From Chiloscyllium plagiosum (lineage: Eukaryota): a stretch of 64,000 nucleotides of DNA. Location of the stretch: contig NC_057718.1 in assembly GCF_004010195.1 (NCBI RefSeq), positions 68,017,872 to 68,081,871 on the forward strand, read 5' to 3'. Under the pieces are notes generated by a model. It was not told the DNA's origin, did not search any database, and saw nothing but the letters and a program-made list of their open reading frames with translations. Below are positions 50,901 through 63,429 of this stretch, piece by piece. The translations under genes and the position numbers were made by a program. Within the stretch, counting starts at the first letter, position 1. Every line of letters starts with the position of its first letter.

Positions 50901-51409
50901 TTCTGGTCGCCCTATTATAGGAAAGATGTGGATGCTTTGGAGAGGGTTCAGAGGAGGTTTACCAGGATGCTGCCTGGAATGGAGGGCTTATCTTACGAAG
51001 AGAGGTTGACTGAGCTCGGACTTTTTTCATTGGAAAAGAAGGAAGAGAGGGGACCTAATTGAGGTGTACAAGATAATGAGAGGCATAGATAGAGTTGAAA
51101 ACCAGAGACTTTTTCCCAGGGCAGAAATTGTTAACAGGAGGGGTCATAGTTTTAAACTGTTTGGCGGAAAGTATAGAGGGGATGTCAGAGGCGGGCTCTT
51201 TACGCAGAGAGTTGTGAGAGCATGGAATGTGTTGCCAGCAGCAGTTGTGGAAGCGAGGTCACTGGGGATATTTAAGAGACTACTGGACATGCATATGGCA
51301 CAGAAGTTTGAGGGTTCGTGCATTAGGTTTACATTACATGAGGATCAATGGTCGGCACAATGTCGTGGGCTGAAGGGCCTGTTCTGTGCTGTACTGTTCT
51401 ATGTTCTAT
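47935..51409 (+). mobile_element. Near-full-length CR1 LINE (ORF1 SGNH esterase C-terminus + ORF2 APE-RT), inactivated
   Basis: HIGTND and DGLHL esterase motifs; NARS, VAITETW, GDFN, SDH APE motifs (ORF 48477-49619); [20 protein letters not shown]; stops, frameshifts and a PLE insert; TTCTATG tail. Confidence 0.95.
50454..50539 (+). mobile_element. 86-nt PLE-derived insert inside CR1 RT
   Basis: 12-bp TSD TCGTTGACAGTA at 50442-50453 and 50540-50551; starts inside the hammerhead core (AGAAGGGCTTATGCCCGAAACGTC). Confidence 0.9.
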
Positions 51410-51789
51410 TACTTTTCATGTTTGATAAATTCTCTCTCATGAGAAACGTTTTATACTCCAGCCAATTCATAACAAAGGATAGATAGCTATGTGTAAATGG
51501 GCATAAACTGAAGAATGATGAAATTAGTGCTCATGCTCCTTGAAAAATCTGGACAAATATAGAATGTCTTAGTGAGTGAAACTGGAGGTGAGGGCTAAAA
51601 GGTCAAAATTGTATTAAAAATATTGCTTTGTTTTATTATAGTAGGAAGTAAATGGTTAGAATTAGCAGAAGGTGTGGTAGACTTTTCTGGTAAAGATGAG
51701 AATGTAGGATTACTTGCTGCAGCTCAGTGGTCATGTTTACCTCTAAGACAATTGCAAGTATCTTTGAGACTTGCATGTATATTGAATTG

Positions 51790-53465
51790 AGTACAATAAA
51801 TGAGAAAACACTTGACAATGCTAAATAATTGTTATGAGGTGATAGGTATGTGCTCAAGTTGGCAGAATAATATTAGTGTTGTCCCTCATAGATCTAAACT
51901 TTGACATTGGCTTATCATTCCCTAAGACAGGGGAGTTTGATCAACAAATTTACTGAACATGCTGAATTATATGGCAAAAGTAAGTAACTTGCGCGGGACC
52001 ATAATGTTATAAAGGGACACTGATAGATTAGGAACAGAATTGATAGATGGCATTCAATATGAGGAAGTGAAGTTATCTACAATGGAACCAAAATAAACTG
52101 ATCTATTTGTTAAATAGTAAGCAAAGAACTCTCAAGAAGTAGTGTGGTATCTGGATCCAGATACAGAAATCACTGTAAACTGGTGGATAGTTGCTGAAAA
52201 GGAGAATTGGATATTGATCATTTCAGAAAGCTAGAGTACAAAGACAGGAAGTAATGTTATAGTTGTACAGAGTTTTCATTGTGGCCAAAGTATTACATAT
52301 GGTTCTGAGGTCCACATCTTAGGGAAGGATGTAATGACTTTTGGTGGAGGTGTGGGTGGTGGTACAGTGACAAGTCAGCAGTGCAATAACAGGGCAAAAA
52401 GAAGGATCAAGTTTAGGTTGTATGGAATAGACATGCATTCCCTCAAGTAGACTTAAGGAATGATCTTCTTAGTTGTTCAGGGTGACTTTAAAGATTTTTA
52501 TTCATTTTGGGGCATTCGTAACAAAAAAACATCATTTAAAGGAAAGTTTTAAGAATACTTGGATCATCCTCACATGACCAGTAGTAAACAATTTTGAACG
52601 AAGTCTCCTCCCAAAAAAATTGCTGACGATCAATCAATTGGAAGTTTTAAACTTGACACAGAGATCTTTGTTGTGCAAGAGTATTCCTAAAGAATGATTG
52701 CACAATTGAAGGAAGTCATTAGGTTTATGTCCATACATCCTGTCTGGAAGAACTCACTTAGTTCCACTTCCCCTACCATTTTCCCCATAGCCCGACACAT
52801 CTCTTTGCTTCAGGTAACTTTGCTTTCAATGATCTCAATTCAGTCTGCCTTCATCATACTAGCCAGAATATTTCAGATCCTCAACATTAATTTTTACTAA
52901 TTCTTAAACTGATGATGTCTGATTTTTGATTATTCTGGCAGTGGAACTAATTTGTTGTTATCTTTAATGATTTTTCATGACTTTCAGAAACCTCTGTCAA
53001 ATCTCCTTTTAAATCTTTTCATCAAGGAGCACGTCTCCAGCTTTTCCATACTATCTCTTCCAGTGCCCCTCCACCCTTTCTAAATAGCGTCCAGATTTGT
53101 GCCCAGTACGTGAGTTCAGGCTGAACCAAAATTGTATGCAGGGTCATAAGTTCTTTTTTTCCCACTCTCTGTATTTTTTTTCCAAAATAAAGCTGAGGAT
53201 CCATAATGGTTGAATAATCACTTCACCTGCCCTATCTTTTTCAATGATTTGTGTACATATACATGGATTAGTCTCTCTGCTCTTCCTGCCAATATGAATA
53301 ACTTCACATTTCTCTGCAGTAAGTCTTATTTTCCCCCTTTGTCCAATCATTCCACCAACTTGCTGTAGGTCTAGTCTTATGAGATGTGGATTATGCTTGG
53401 TTATATGGAGTAAATGTTCAGATCAGTGGCAGAGCAAATGTAATGGACTGAATGGTCTTTGGCTG
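51790..53465. mobile_element. Very old CR1 fragments in both orientations
   Basis: Minus-strand EKCEVIHIGRK and LVQPELTYWAQIW remnants; + strand RT remnants. Confidence 0.5.
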
Positions 53466-54724
53466 TTCCTGTTGGAGGTGCTATCTTTCGGATGAGATTT
53501 TAAATCAAAGCCCTGACTGCCATCTCTGGAAATAAGAGATCCCATGACACTTCAGATAAGTGCAGAGCCACGAAGAAATGTCAGGTCAAATTCTTGAACG
53601 AATTGTGCCAGAGATCCAAAGAATACTAATGTATGCTTGTTTAAGAAGCGAGAGAAAGATCAATCAAGTAACTATAGTCTGAAAATTAATAATTTAACTT
53701 GAAATTAGCAAGTGCTTGCCAGGAGGTGAGTTTAATGTTTGAACCATTTAATGTAAATTTCGAAGTAATTTTTGAAATAATTTGGATAGCTAGCAGAAAT
53801 TAAATAAGCTGAGGCGTGTGAACTTTGAAAAGACTGTATGGTATCTGATACAAAGGTTGTTACAAAAATTAAAAGAAAATGGAATATATCTGCCAATCAA
53901 CTTTCTAGCCAAATAGCATTGGTTATGGACAATCACTGAATTGAACGAGTTTGGAAGTGGTATCTTTAGGGTTTGTGATTTAATGTTAGTCCGTACATAT
54001 AAATTTTGAATAAAGATGTTTGTGGACTAAAAAGGACTTGAAGAATGTAAGGTAACAAACTGTGCAGACAGATTCCAGATATATTTAGGAACTGTATCTT
54101 AAAAAAAACATATTCTGGATGTAAACTCAGTTAAAGGATATATGAAATGCTATACTAAGGCAAAATAATAGGTTTGTAAAGAATTTTCTTTTTGAAGAAT
54201 GTTTCTGCATCCAAGTATGGAAGAATGTTAACCTTGGTATCACGTGATTGGTTGAAGCAAATAAAATAGATGCATTTAAGTGGAAACTAGAAACACATGA
54301 GACAGAAGGGAATAGATGGCCATGGTGGAAGTTTTACATAAGTAAAAACATGCAAGGAAACTAGAATGGAATATAAACATTGTTGCAGACTTGTTTTCTG
54401 TTATGAATGTGTAAATCAATTATGTTTTAAGTTGTCTCTTAAAATGGAGTGAAGGATGTGACCTGCAAAACTGGAGACTAGCCATTGTGATCGGCTTAGC
54501 ATTGATAACTGGGAGCTGGTTAAAACTACTCGCAAATAACAATTTTCAATAGCTCAATACAATGGAGACATCCGTCCCTGTCATTGACCAGATCTAACTC
54601 TTGAGCAGTCAGATTTCGAATTTTGTGGAAGAAGTTATTGCTGTACCACATGCTTTAGGTTAATTGCCAAGCAGAGTGATGAGAAGACTAGACCTAGGTT
54701 GCAGGAAACGAGTATTGTGAACAT

Positions 54725-56370
54725 ATGGAGATGCCGGAGTTGGACTGGAGTGGACAAGGTCAAAAATCAAATAACACCAGGTTGTAGTTCAACTGGTTTA
54801 TTTGAAATTGCAAGCTTTCAAAGCTCAGCTCCTTCCTCACGCATGGTGTGATAGAGAGGTATAAGATACAGTATTTACAAGCAAAACGTTGTACATTGAT
54901 AAAGCCTTTAATTATCTTGGAGCAAAGACTTGAAAGGAATCTGGATTTTGCATTTTAATCGGCAGTGTACCTCCTAATTGATTAAAGGATTCAACAAGGG
55001 CAGCTAGTTTAAAGTTAACTTTGTGCTTATAAATACTGTGTCTTACATGTCTGTATCATACCACATCTGAGGAAGGAACTGAGTTCCGAAAGCTTACAAT
55101 TTCAAATGAAACCTTTGGACTATAACCCGGTGTTGTTGGATTTTTGACCTGGTCCACCCCAGACCAACACTAGCACCTCCACATCATGGCTACGATTGAC
55201 ACCACAAACAATCGGCTCAAAGTAGAGAGGATCTCCAAGAATATCATGTATATAGACACATACATCAAATATTTACAGAAATACAAGAAAGCAGAGAAAA
55301 TCTGAAAAGGATAATGGATCACAAATCCACTCAGGTCCACCTACAATACAGAGTACGCTGAAAAGCTCTGCTGTCTCATCTCTTGCAAGCTGCTCAGTCA
55401 TCTCATGCACCAACTGTACAGCAGGTGCCACAACCTTGAAATTGAGATGGAGTCCATATTGTCAGCCTGCACTCAAGATAAAACAGAACAGTTACAAGAC
55501 TTTGCCAAGCAGATGAGGCAACAGAATTATACCACCTACATGCACACCAAGAAAGAAACTGGAGAAACGTAGCATCACCACCAGCAATAACCAAGCCCCC
55601 TGGTACCACAGTTGAAAGTGGTACCACAAAAATGAAATCTATTGTCATCTTATCTGATCACACCCTTCAACCAGATGAAATTTCTCAAGATCTCAAATTC
55701 TGCCCCACCACTGGAATGGACCCCATTGGTCTCGCGGCGCATACGGAGGAATTCATCAGGAGAATGAGACTCCGGGAATTCTTCCAGAAACCCCAAGGCA
55801 CAGGTTGGCGCAATATTGTGGGCCTAAGGGCCTGTACTGCCCTGTAATGTTCTATGTCAGCAGCAAGCCAAACGAGACAACTGTTGAACTGGAACAGTTG
55901 GCAGAGAACGGCAAAAGGAGGAGTCGCACTGCCACACACCTGATGTTCGACATGTATGTTCAGGCTGTCAGGACACACATGAGTGCCAGCTTCATCTGCC
56001 ACACTCACAAGGGGGCGCAAAACATCACTCACACACAACGCATGACCAACCGGGCTCTCAAGACCAATCGGAATATTGTCATCAAACCAGCAGACAAAGG
56101 AAGAGCCATCGTCATTAGAGAATAGATGTTGAAGGATGCCCTCATTAGAAAAGGTACGCGCTCAGCTCATCGATCTCCAATTCCACTGTGCCACAACACA
56201 AAATCATAATGACTTCCTCAGAAGATGGACCCAGGATACAACTGATAGGGTACTCTTTGTCATCCAGTACTTTGCTCGAGCCGATAAACTGCACCACATT
56301 CTTCACTGCCTTCAACACATCATCGATGACAATGAATACCTTGCCACGATCTTCTCTGTTCCTTAACCAC
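54725..56370 (+). mobile_element. Penelope-like element 5' part with inverted terminal segment, hammerhead and internally deleted ORF
   Basis: 54725-54840 is inverted to 55065-55185; ATG at 55186 (MATIDTTNNRLKVERISK); LSDHTLQPDE..FCPT; NIVIKPADKGRAIVI (PLE RT N-terminus); small CR1-tail insert at ~55800-55856. Confidence 0.85.
55067..55096 (+). ncRNA. Minimal hammerhead motif on the ARID1B sense strand
   Basis: CTGAGGA-A-GGAAC-TGA-GTTCC-GAAAGCTT. Confidence 0.6.
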
Positions 56371-56589
56371 CTACTTCATCCTTTCCTTGGCAGAGCTATA
56401 TAGTTCACACCTTATTGTATTTTGTTCATACCAGGCCACATATGCATGCCGACACATTGCCCTACCTTAACTCATCAGCTACCGAAACCTTCAACTGTTC
56501 TCTTATTATCTCTAGATGTGTCTGTCCCAGTATTGTCCAGCCTGGCGTCTATTCCTCCAAAGGTTTAAGGTCATCCAAAAGTCATCATC

Positions 56590-56850
56590 TCATCTGCTTG
56601 CAAGTATACGCTGCTTAAGACATATGGTGCTTTAAACATTCTCATCCTTATTTTCAAATCCCTTCATGGTTTCAGTCCTCACTTTCTTTGTTACCTTCTC
56701 CAAACCCACAACCTTCTGAGATATCTGTGTTACTTGGTCTGTTGAGCATTCTCCATTTTAATTGCCCCATCATTGTCAACTGCCTAAGTCCAATGCTCTG
56801 AAATTCACTCGAAAAACTCTTGGCTCTTTAACCACGTTTTAACCATCGCC
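56590..56850 (+). mobile_element. L2 LINE 3' fragment
   Basis: TTTAAACATTCTCATCCTTATTTTCAAATCCCTTCATGG (F.ILIL.FKSLHG..P). Confidence 0.55.
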
Positions 56851-57479
56851 CTAAAATCCCTTCCTCACAGAGAAAAAGCTGGCTTAAGGAACTTGGTCAG
56901 AGGAAAGGTTGGGCAGTTTTCCTCGTCCTACGAATTTTAAGTGCCACAGATCCATCTGAAGTGGTTCTCATACCTGCCTGCCCCATATAAAATGTGATGT
57001 GCTATGTTACTAAGCTTGCAAAAAAGAACTGCCAATGGTGTATCCAGTCTGACAGGACTTGTGGAACTTTGTGTTTTTTGGAAACTTATAACAACCCTGT
57101 ATACTCCAAAGTTAACATAGCTGAAAGCTTCTAATAAGAGCTCGAACAACATTTAAGAAAAACAATTATATTTAGTAAATTGAATAAATGTACACCAGGT
57201 ACATTGATGATATTTTCTTCCTCTGGACCCATGGCGAGGAGTCACTGATAACTACGCAGAGAGACTTTAAATAAAGTAGTTTAACAGCGATTACATTTGT
57301 TTCTTGAAGGGAGAGATGATTTCCTAAATGTAACTCTAATCTAGCGTTGTTGTATAAGTGAACAATAGCTTAATCTGGAAAAGCTAAAGTTAATTTGCTA
57401 GTGAAAGGCTGAATAGCCACATACTAAAATTAAGATAGTTAATTTAGTAACTAAATATTAGGGGATCTTTCTAATTGCT

Positions 57480-59160
57480 ATGGGAGGGGATTAGATGGGA
57501 TTGTGGTTGACAAAGAGGAGGTTTTAGCAATTTTGGAAGATATGTCTCCTGGACCGGATGGGATTTATCCTCTGATTCTCTGAGAAGCCAGGGAGCTGAT
57601 TACAGAACATTTGGCTTTGATCTTTGTCATCACTGTCGACAGGAGTAGTATCAGAGGACTGGAGGATAGTGAATGTTGTTCCCTTGTTTAAGAAGGGGAG
57701 TCGGGACAACCCTGGTAATTATAGGCCAGTGAGCCATACTTCCGTTGTGAATAAGTTGTTGGAAAAGGTTATAAGAGATAGGATTTATAATTATCCAGAA
57801 AGGAATAATTTGATTAGGGACTGTCAACACGGTTTTGTGAAGGGCTGATGAAGAGCTTTTGCCCGAAACATCGATTTTCCTGCTCCTCGGATGCTGCCTG
57901 AACTGCTGTGCTTTTCCAGCACCACTCTAATCTAGAATCTGATTTCCAGCATCTGCAGTCTTTGCTTTTGCCACAGTTTTGTGAAGGGTAGGTCATGCCT
58001 AATTAACCTTATTGAGTTCTTTTGAGAAGGTGACAAAACAGGTGGATGAAGGTAAAGCGGTTGATGTTGTGCATATAGACTTAAGTAAGGCATTTGAGAA
58101 CGTTCAACGCGGTAGGTTATTGCACAAAATAGAGAGTTTAGGGATTTAAGGGATGTAGCGCTTTGGATCAGAAATTGGTAGCTGAAAGAAGACAGAGGGT
58201 GGTGGTTGATGGGAAATGTTCATCCTGGAGCTTAGTTACCAATGGTGTGCCACAAGGATCTGTTTTGGGGCCACTGCTGTTTGTCGTTTTTATAAATGAT
58301 CTGGAGTTGGGCGTAGAATGATGGGTTAGTAAATTTGCAGATGACACCAAGGTAGGCTGAGTTGTGGATAGTGCTGAAGGATGTTGTGGGTTACAGAGGG
58401 ACATAGACAAGGTGCAGAGCTGGGCTGAGAAGTGGCAAATGAAGTTTAATGCGGAAAAGTCTGAGGTAGTTCACTTCCGAAGAAGTGACAGGAATGCACA
58501 GTACTGGGCTAATGGTAAAATTCTTGGCAGTGTAGATGAACAGAGAGATCTTGGTGTCCAGGTACATAAATCCCTGAAAGTTGCCACCCAGGTTGATAGG
58601 GTTGTTAAGAAGGCACATGGGGTGATGGTGTTTATTGGTAGAGGAGTTGAGTTTTGGATCCACGAGGTCATGCTTCAGCTGTACAAGACATTGAGAAGGC
58701 TGCACCTGGACTATTGCGCGCAGTTCTTGTCACCGCATTATAGGAAAGATGTGGAAACTTTGGAAAGGGTTCAGAGGAGATTTATTAAGATGTTGCCTGA
58801 TATGGAGGAAGGTCTTATGAGGAAAGGCTGAGGGAACGGAGGTTGTTTTCATTGGAGAGGGGAAGGTTGAGAGGTGACATAATCGGATGGTGAAAGCTAA
58901 CACAAGGGGACATAGCTCTAAATTGAGGGGTGATAAACTTAGGCCAGATATCAGGGATAGTTTCTTTACTCAGAGAGTACTAGGGACATGGAATGACCTG
59001 CCTGCAGCAGTAATAGACTCGTAGATGTTAAGGGCCTTGAACATATATATGGATAATAATGTAATGGTGCAGGTTAGATGGGAATCAGTTTAATTTCACA
59101 GGTCAGCACAACACCGAGGACCGAATGGCCTGAAATGCACTGTAACATTCTATGTTCTAT
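57480..59160 (+). mobile_element. CR1 LINE, 5'-truncated, RT to 3' tail
   Basis: [36 protein letters not shown] tail. Confidence 0.9.
57845..57971 (+). mobile_element. 127-nt PLE-derived insert starting exactly at the hammerhead CTGATGA
   Basis: 17-bp TSD CAC(G/A)GTTTTGTGAAGGG at 57828-57844 and 57972-57988. Confidence 0.88.
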
Positions 59161-59614
59161 ATTTCCAACTAAAAATTGAACTATGTGTTGGATTATTGAT
59201 TTATAATCTGAACTGATCTGGAATTTTTCAATATTTAGTGCTAACCTCTCCATCATGTGGACAGGTTTACTTCATTAATGAGAAAACTATTGTTATGAGT
59301 AATTATTAAAGCATTAATCCCTGGTTTACGCAATTATTTGCAATTTTAGGGGTTTCATATCCAACTCAAATGTGAATGAAATTCATTTTGTAGCAATGAA
59401 ACCATTTTCTTTAAAGCATTTTCTTTAACACAAGTCTGAATCTTAATGGAGACAGTGTTAGCACATAGTTCAAAATGTAGTTGCATTCCAAATCAGCAAA
59501 GTGGAGATTAAAGGAATGGAACAGAGGGAGAGCGAGGTTAGGCTTCTAGTAGCAGGCTACAGCGTTACATTAATTTAGGTGTAAAAGACTCTTGCCTTAT
59601 TACCTTATATTGGG

Positions 59615-61950
59615 CAATAATAAGTTCTAGATAGTTGTTATGATCTTGAAGACACTGCTAGAAAGACTGTGGAAGCAGATTGACTCAACTTTCAAAAGGC
59701 AATTGGAGATACACTTGAAAAGCAAAACATTTGTGAGGTAATCGGGGAGGTGCAGGGCAGTAGAAACTCACACACAGAGACACAGTTACCTGTGGAATAA
59801 ATGGCTTCCATTTATGGTTTTTGATTCCATGAAGAGCAGCTGCAGACATGCCAATCTAGAAGACCAGTGACAACCAATTAGAAATTGTACACAGGTATAT
59901 CAAACCATACTGCAAAAGCTTCTTTAAATGTATAAAATTGAAGAGTGAGGCCAAAGCTAATGTCGTTTCCCTGAAGAACGTGACTGGGGAAATGATAATT
60001 GGCAATCAGGAAATGGCAGCTGTGATGAATAAATACTTTGCATCAGTCTTCACAGTAGAAGACACTAATAGCATTCCAAAAATTCTAAGTAATCAAGGGA
60101 CAAAAGGTGGAGATGAAATGAATATAATAACAATCACTAGAGAAAAAGTACTAGGAAAACTAATGAGATTAAAGGCTGATAGGTCCCCTGCATCTGATGG
60201 AATGCATCCCAGGATATTAAAAGAAGGAATTAGAGATAGTGGATGCACTGGTAGAATCCAGAATCCTTAAATTCTGAAAAAGTCCCAGAGGACTGAAAAA
60301 CTAACAATGTAGCACCTTTGTTTAAAAAGGGAAGGAGAGGAAAAACAGGTAAATGAAGGCCAATTGTTTTAACATTTGTCATTTGGAAAATATTAGAATG
60401 TATTATAAAGAATTGAATAGTGGCGCATTTAGGGATGCATACTAAAATCAAACAGAGTCCATGTGACTTCACAAAGGGGAAATACTGTCTGGCAATTTAA
60501 TTAAAATGTTTTGAGGTAACAAGCTGGACAGACAAAGAGAAGGCAATGGATATAACGTGTTTGAATTTTCAGAAAGCGCATGATAAGGTGCCACATGTAA
60601 TAGGCCACAATTATTTATTTTATTATACACACACATATATGTAAGTATGTATGTATAAATACCTTGGATGAGGAAAGTGAATGCACTGTAACCAGGTTTG
60701 TGGATGATACAAAAATAAGAATGATTTGGGGGAGCCAGTGTTGCACTCAGGTAGACAAAGTTAAAAATCACACAACACCGGGTTATAGTCCAGCAGGTTT
60801 ATTTGGAAGTACTAGCTTTCAGAGTGCTGCTCCTTCATCAGGTAGCTACCCAATGAAGGAACAACGCTCCAAAAGCTACAGCATCCAAATAAATCTGTTG
60901 TTCTATAACCCGGTGTTGTGATTTTTTAACAAAAATAGGTGGGAAAGCAAGTGGTAATGATACAAAGGTCCTGGAGAGGCTATAGGCAGTTGTGGAAGCA
61001 GATTCCAAAGAAGATTTCAAAAGAAAGCTACAGAGATAGGGTCGGAGAATGGAACTAGCTGGGTAGCTCTTTCGGAAGCTGGTACAGACACAATGGGTCA
61101 AATGGCCTTCTGCACTATAAATTCTTTATGTTAAGCAAAGACATGATATCGTGTTAGAAAATGTGAGGTAATGCACTTGGCAGGAAGAATTAGGAAGCTG
61201 GGAATTACTTAAATGGACAAAGTATGCAGAATGTTGTAGCACAGAGTTTCAGCAGCCCTTATGCATAAATCACAAGAATCTAATATACAAGTCCAGCATG
61301 TAATGGGCAAGGCAAAAGAAAAATTGGGCTGTATTTCAATAGGAATGGAGTATAAATATAGGAAGAAAGGTTTTGCTGTATCTATATAATGCATTAGTCA
61401 GACTACTGGTGGAATACTGTGAACAGTTTTGAGTCTTTTATCTAAAGAAAAATATACTAGCATTGGAGGCAGTCCGGAGAATGATCACAATGTTAATCTT
61501 GGGTATGGAGGGACTGCCTAATAAGCAGAGGTTGAACAGTTTGGGCCCGTACACCTCAGAGTTCAAAAGAATTAAAGGCCACTTTATTGAAACACACAAG
61601 ATTTTTAGGAGACTTCAAAGATAGATTGGGAAGGTTGTTTCTCCTTATAGGACCAGAGGGCATAACCTCAGACTAAATGATCACACATGCTAGACAGATG
61701 AGGAGAAATTGCTCCTGTCAGAGGGTAGTGAATCTGTGAAATTATTTATGACAGAGGGCTGTTGAGGCTGGATTATTAATTATATGTGAGGCCAAGATAG
61801 ATGCTCAATCAGTAAGGGAATTGAGGGTGATGGGGAAAAGATAAGAAAGTTTGAGTTGAGGATTGTCAGATCAGCCATGATCTCATTGAATGGTGGAGCA
61901 GACTCAGTGAACTGAATGGCCTACTTCTGCTGTCTCTTATGGTGTTATGT
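59615..61950 (+). mobile_element. Decayed composite CR1 (same 5' junction as 2540-4305)
   Basis: NKYFASVFTVED, SP.SDGMHPRILKE, FVDDTK; 3' tail near 61940. Confidence 0.8.
60720..60928. mobile_element. PLE-derived fold-back mini-insert inside CR1 RT
   Basis: Near-TSD ACAAAAATA(A/G)G at 60709 and 60929; same family as 46057-46240. Confidence 0.8.
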
Positions 61951-63429
61951 ATACAAAAAGAATTTACAATTGTACTTGTTCTCTAGGTTCCACCTGAACT
62001 GTTCTTTTTAACCTAAAAGTTCAAAGGACTATTCCATTGACATACATCTGACGTTGAACTAAAATGACACCGAATGATTAGGTCTCTGATGCTATACAGT
62101 GTGTAGCTAGTTGGGAAATGTGATGTGTTGCTGCTCATTTTAGATTCTGACTTTAGAGAGTTGACAACTCTCTTTGTAAGATTGTTCCAATTCTACACGT
62201 GATTAACCTATGTAGGAGAGAGTATGAATTAAGCAGACAAGTTCATTTTGGTGCTTATAGAGTGTCTTTGTGATTGACTAATAGTATTCAGCAACAGTTT
62301 ATTTGGCAACATTTATAGGCCTTGCAGTGACTGATTTGTCACTGTCACAATTGTGATTAACTGATCAGAAAATATGTCGGTAGGATGGAAAGTCAGGTAA
62401 AACACATGATAGAAGCAGGGTTGCTTCAAAATCTTATTTTTTAACCGTTGCAAACATTAATTCACCTGTCACAGTCATCATGCCTGCAACACAGACAGCA
62501 TTTGTGTTAATGCATGCACGTTAAAGCCCCAAAAGCCAACTTCTCAACAGGTTTCCCACAGTGATCATAAATTAAGGAGATTCTCTTTTAAATAGCTTCC
62601 AAAATCCACATTGAACAGGGTAATGATGAGTGGAAAGGAGTGCAATTTTCCAGTAGGGTTTCTGACCTCAGGTGAAGTACTGTTCATATTGCTTTAAATC
62701 CTTAAAAACAGCAGCTGTAAAATGAAATTATGATATTAAAGTATATTCAATTTTTAGTTGTTAATTTGTATGGAATTTAAAATGTAAAAAGTATTCTTTG
62801 TGAATTACTATAATCCAAGACTCATGCTAAACCTGATGTCTCCTTTTAAGTTGATAGTAAAAATTAGTTGCCATTCATACGGCACTGTGAACCTGAAGTA
62901 ACTTGGCACATCTGTCTGAAATGGAAATTGGATTATAAACAGCAAATTTGAATTTGCCAGTGCATTTAAAGAAAACTAAACATATAGACCTTTTAGAAAG
63001 CTAACCTACATTGAAGAGAACTGATACACACTGTACAGAAGATCTTTAGAGAATTTTGAATTGATGCTGAATGATCAGTATAACCTGTTGGCTTGGTTAA
63101 AAACCGTGAATAGCAAATAACAGGATAAGTTATAACTCATTTAATATGCAAGTAAATTTTATGGCCAGCTAACTGATTTTATTGTTGAATCATGACCATG
63201 CATCATGCAACACCACCTGTTTTAGAGTAAGATTGAGCTTGGAGATTAAATTCTAACCTAAATGGCGTTACTTACCATAGTGGCTTTAGAGAGTTAGAAC
63301 CTTTGCTGTATGAGTGTAAAATTGATTTCATAGCTTGTTTAGACCTGAAAAACATATAATGTGCAAGAGTACCAGGAATGCTTGTACGGAAATCAATCCT
63401 GTATATTTTCTTGATCATTATAACTTCCT

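Noticed and set aside
50442..60939. Targeting of PLE inserts to the CR1 RT active-site region (two inserts near F(A/V)DDTK)
   Set aside because: The insertion positions differ, the target sequences share no motif, and CR1 DNA is abundant, so chance is sufficient
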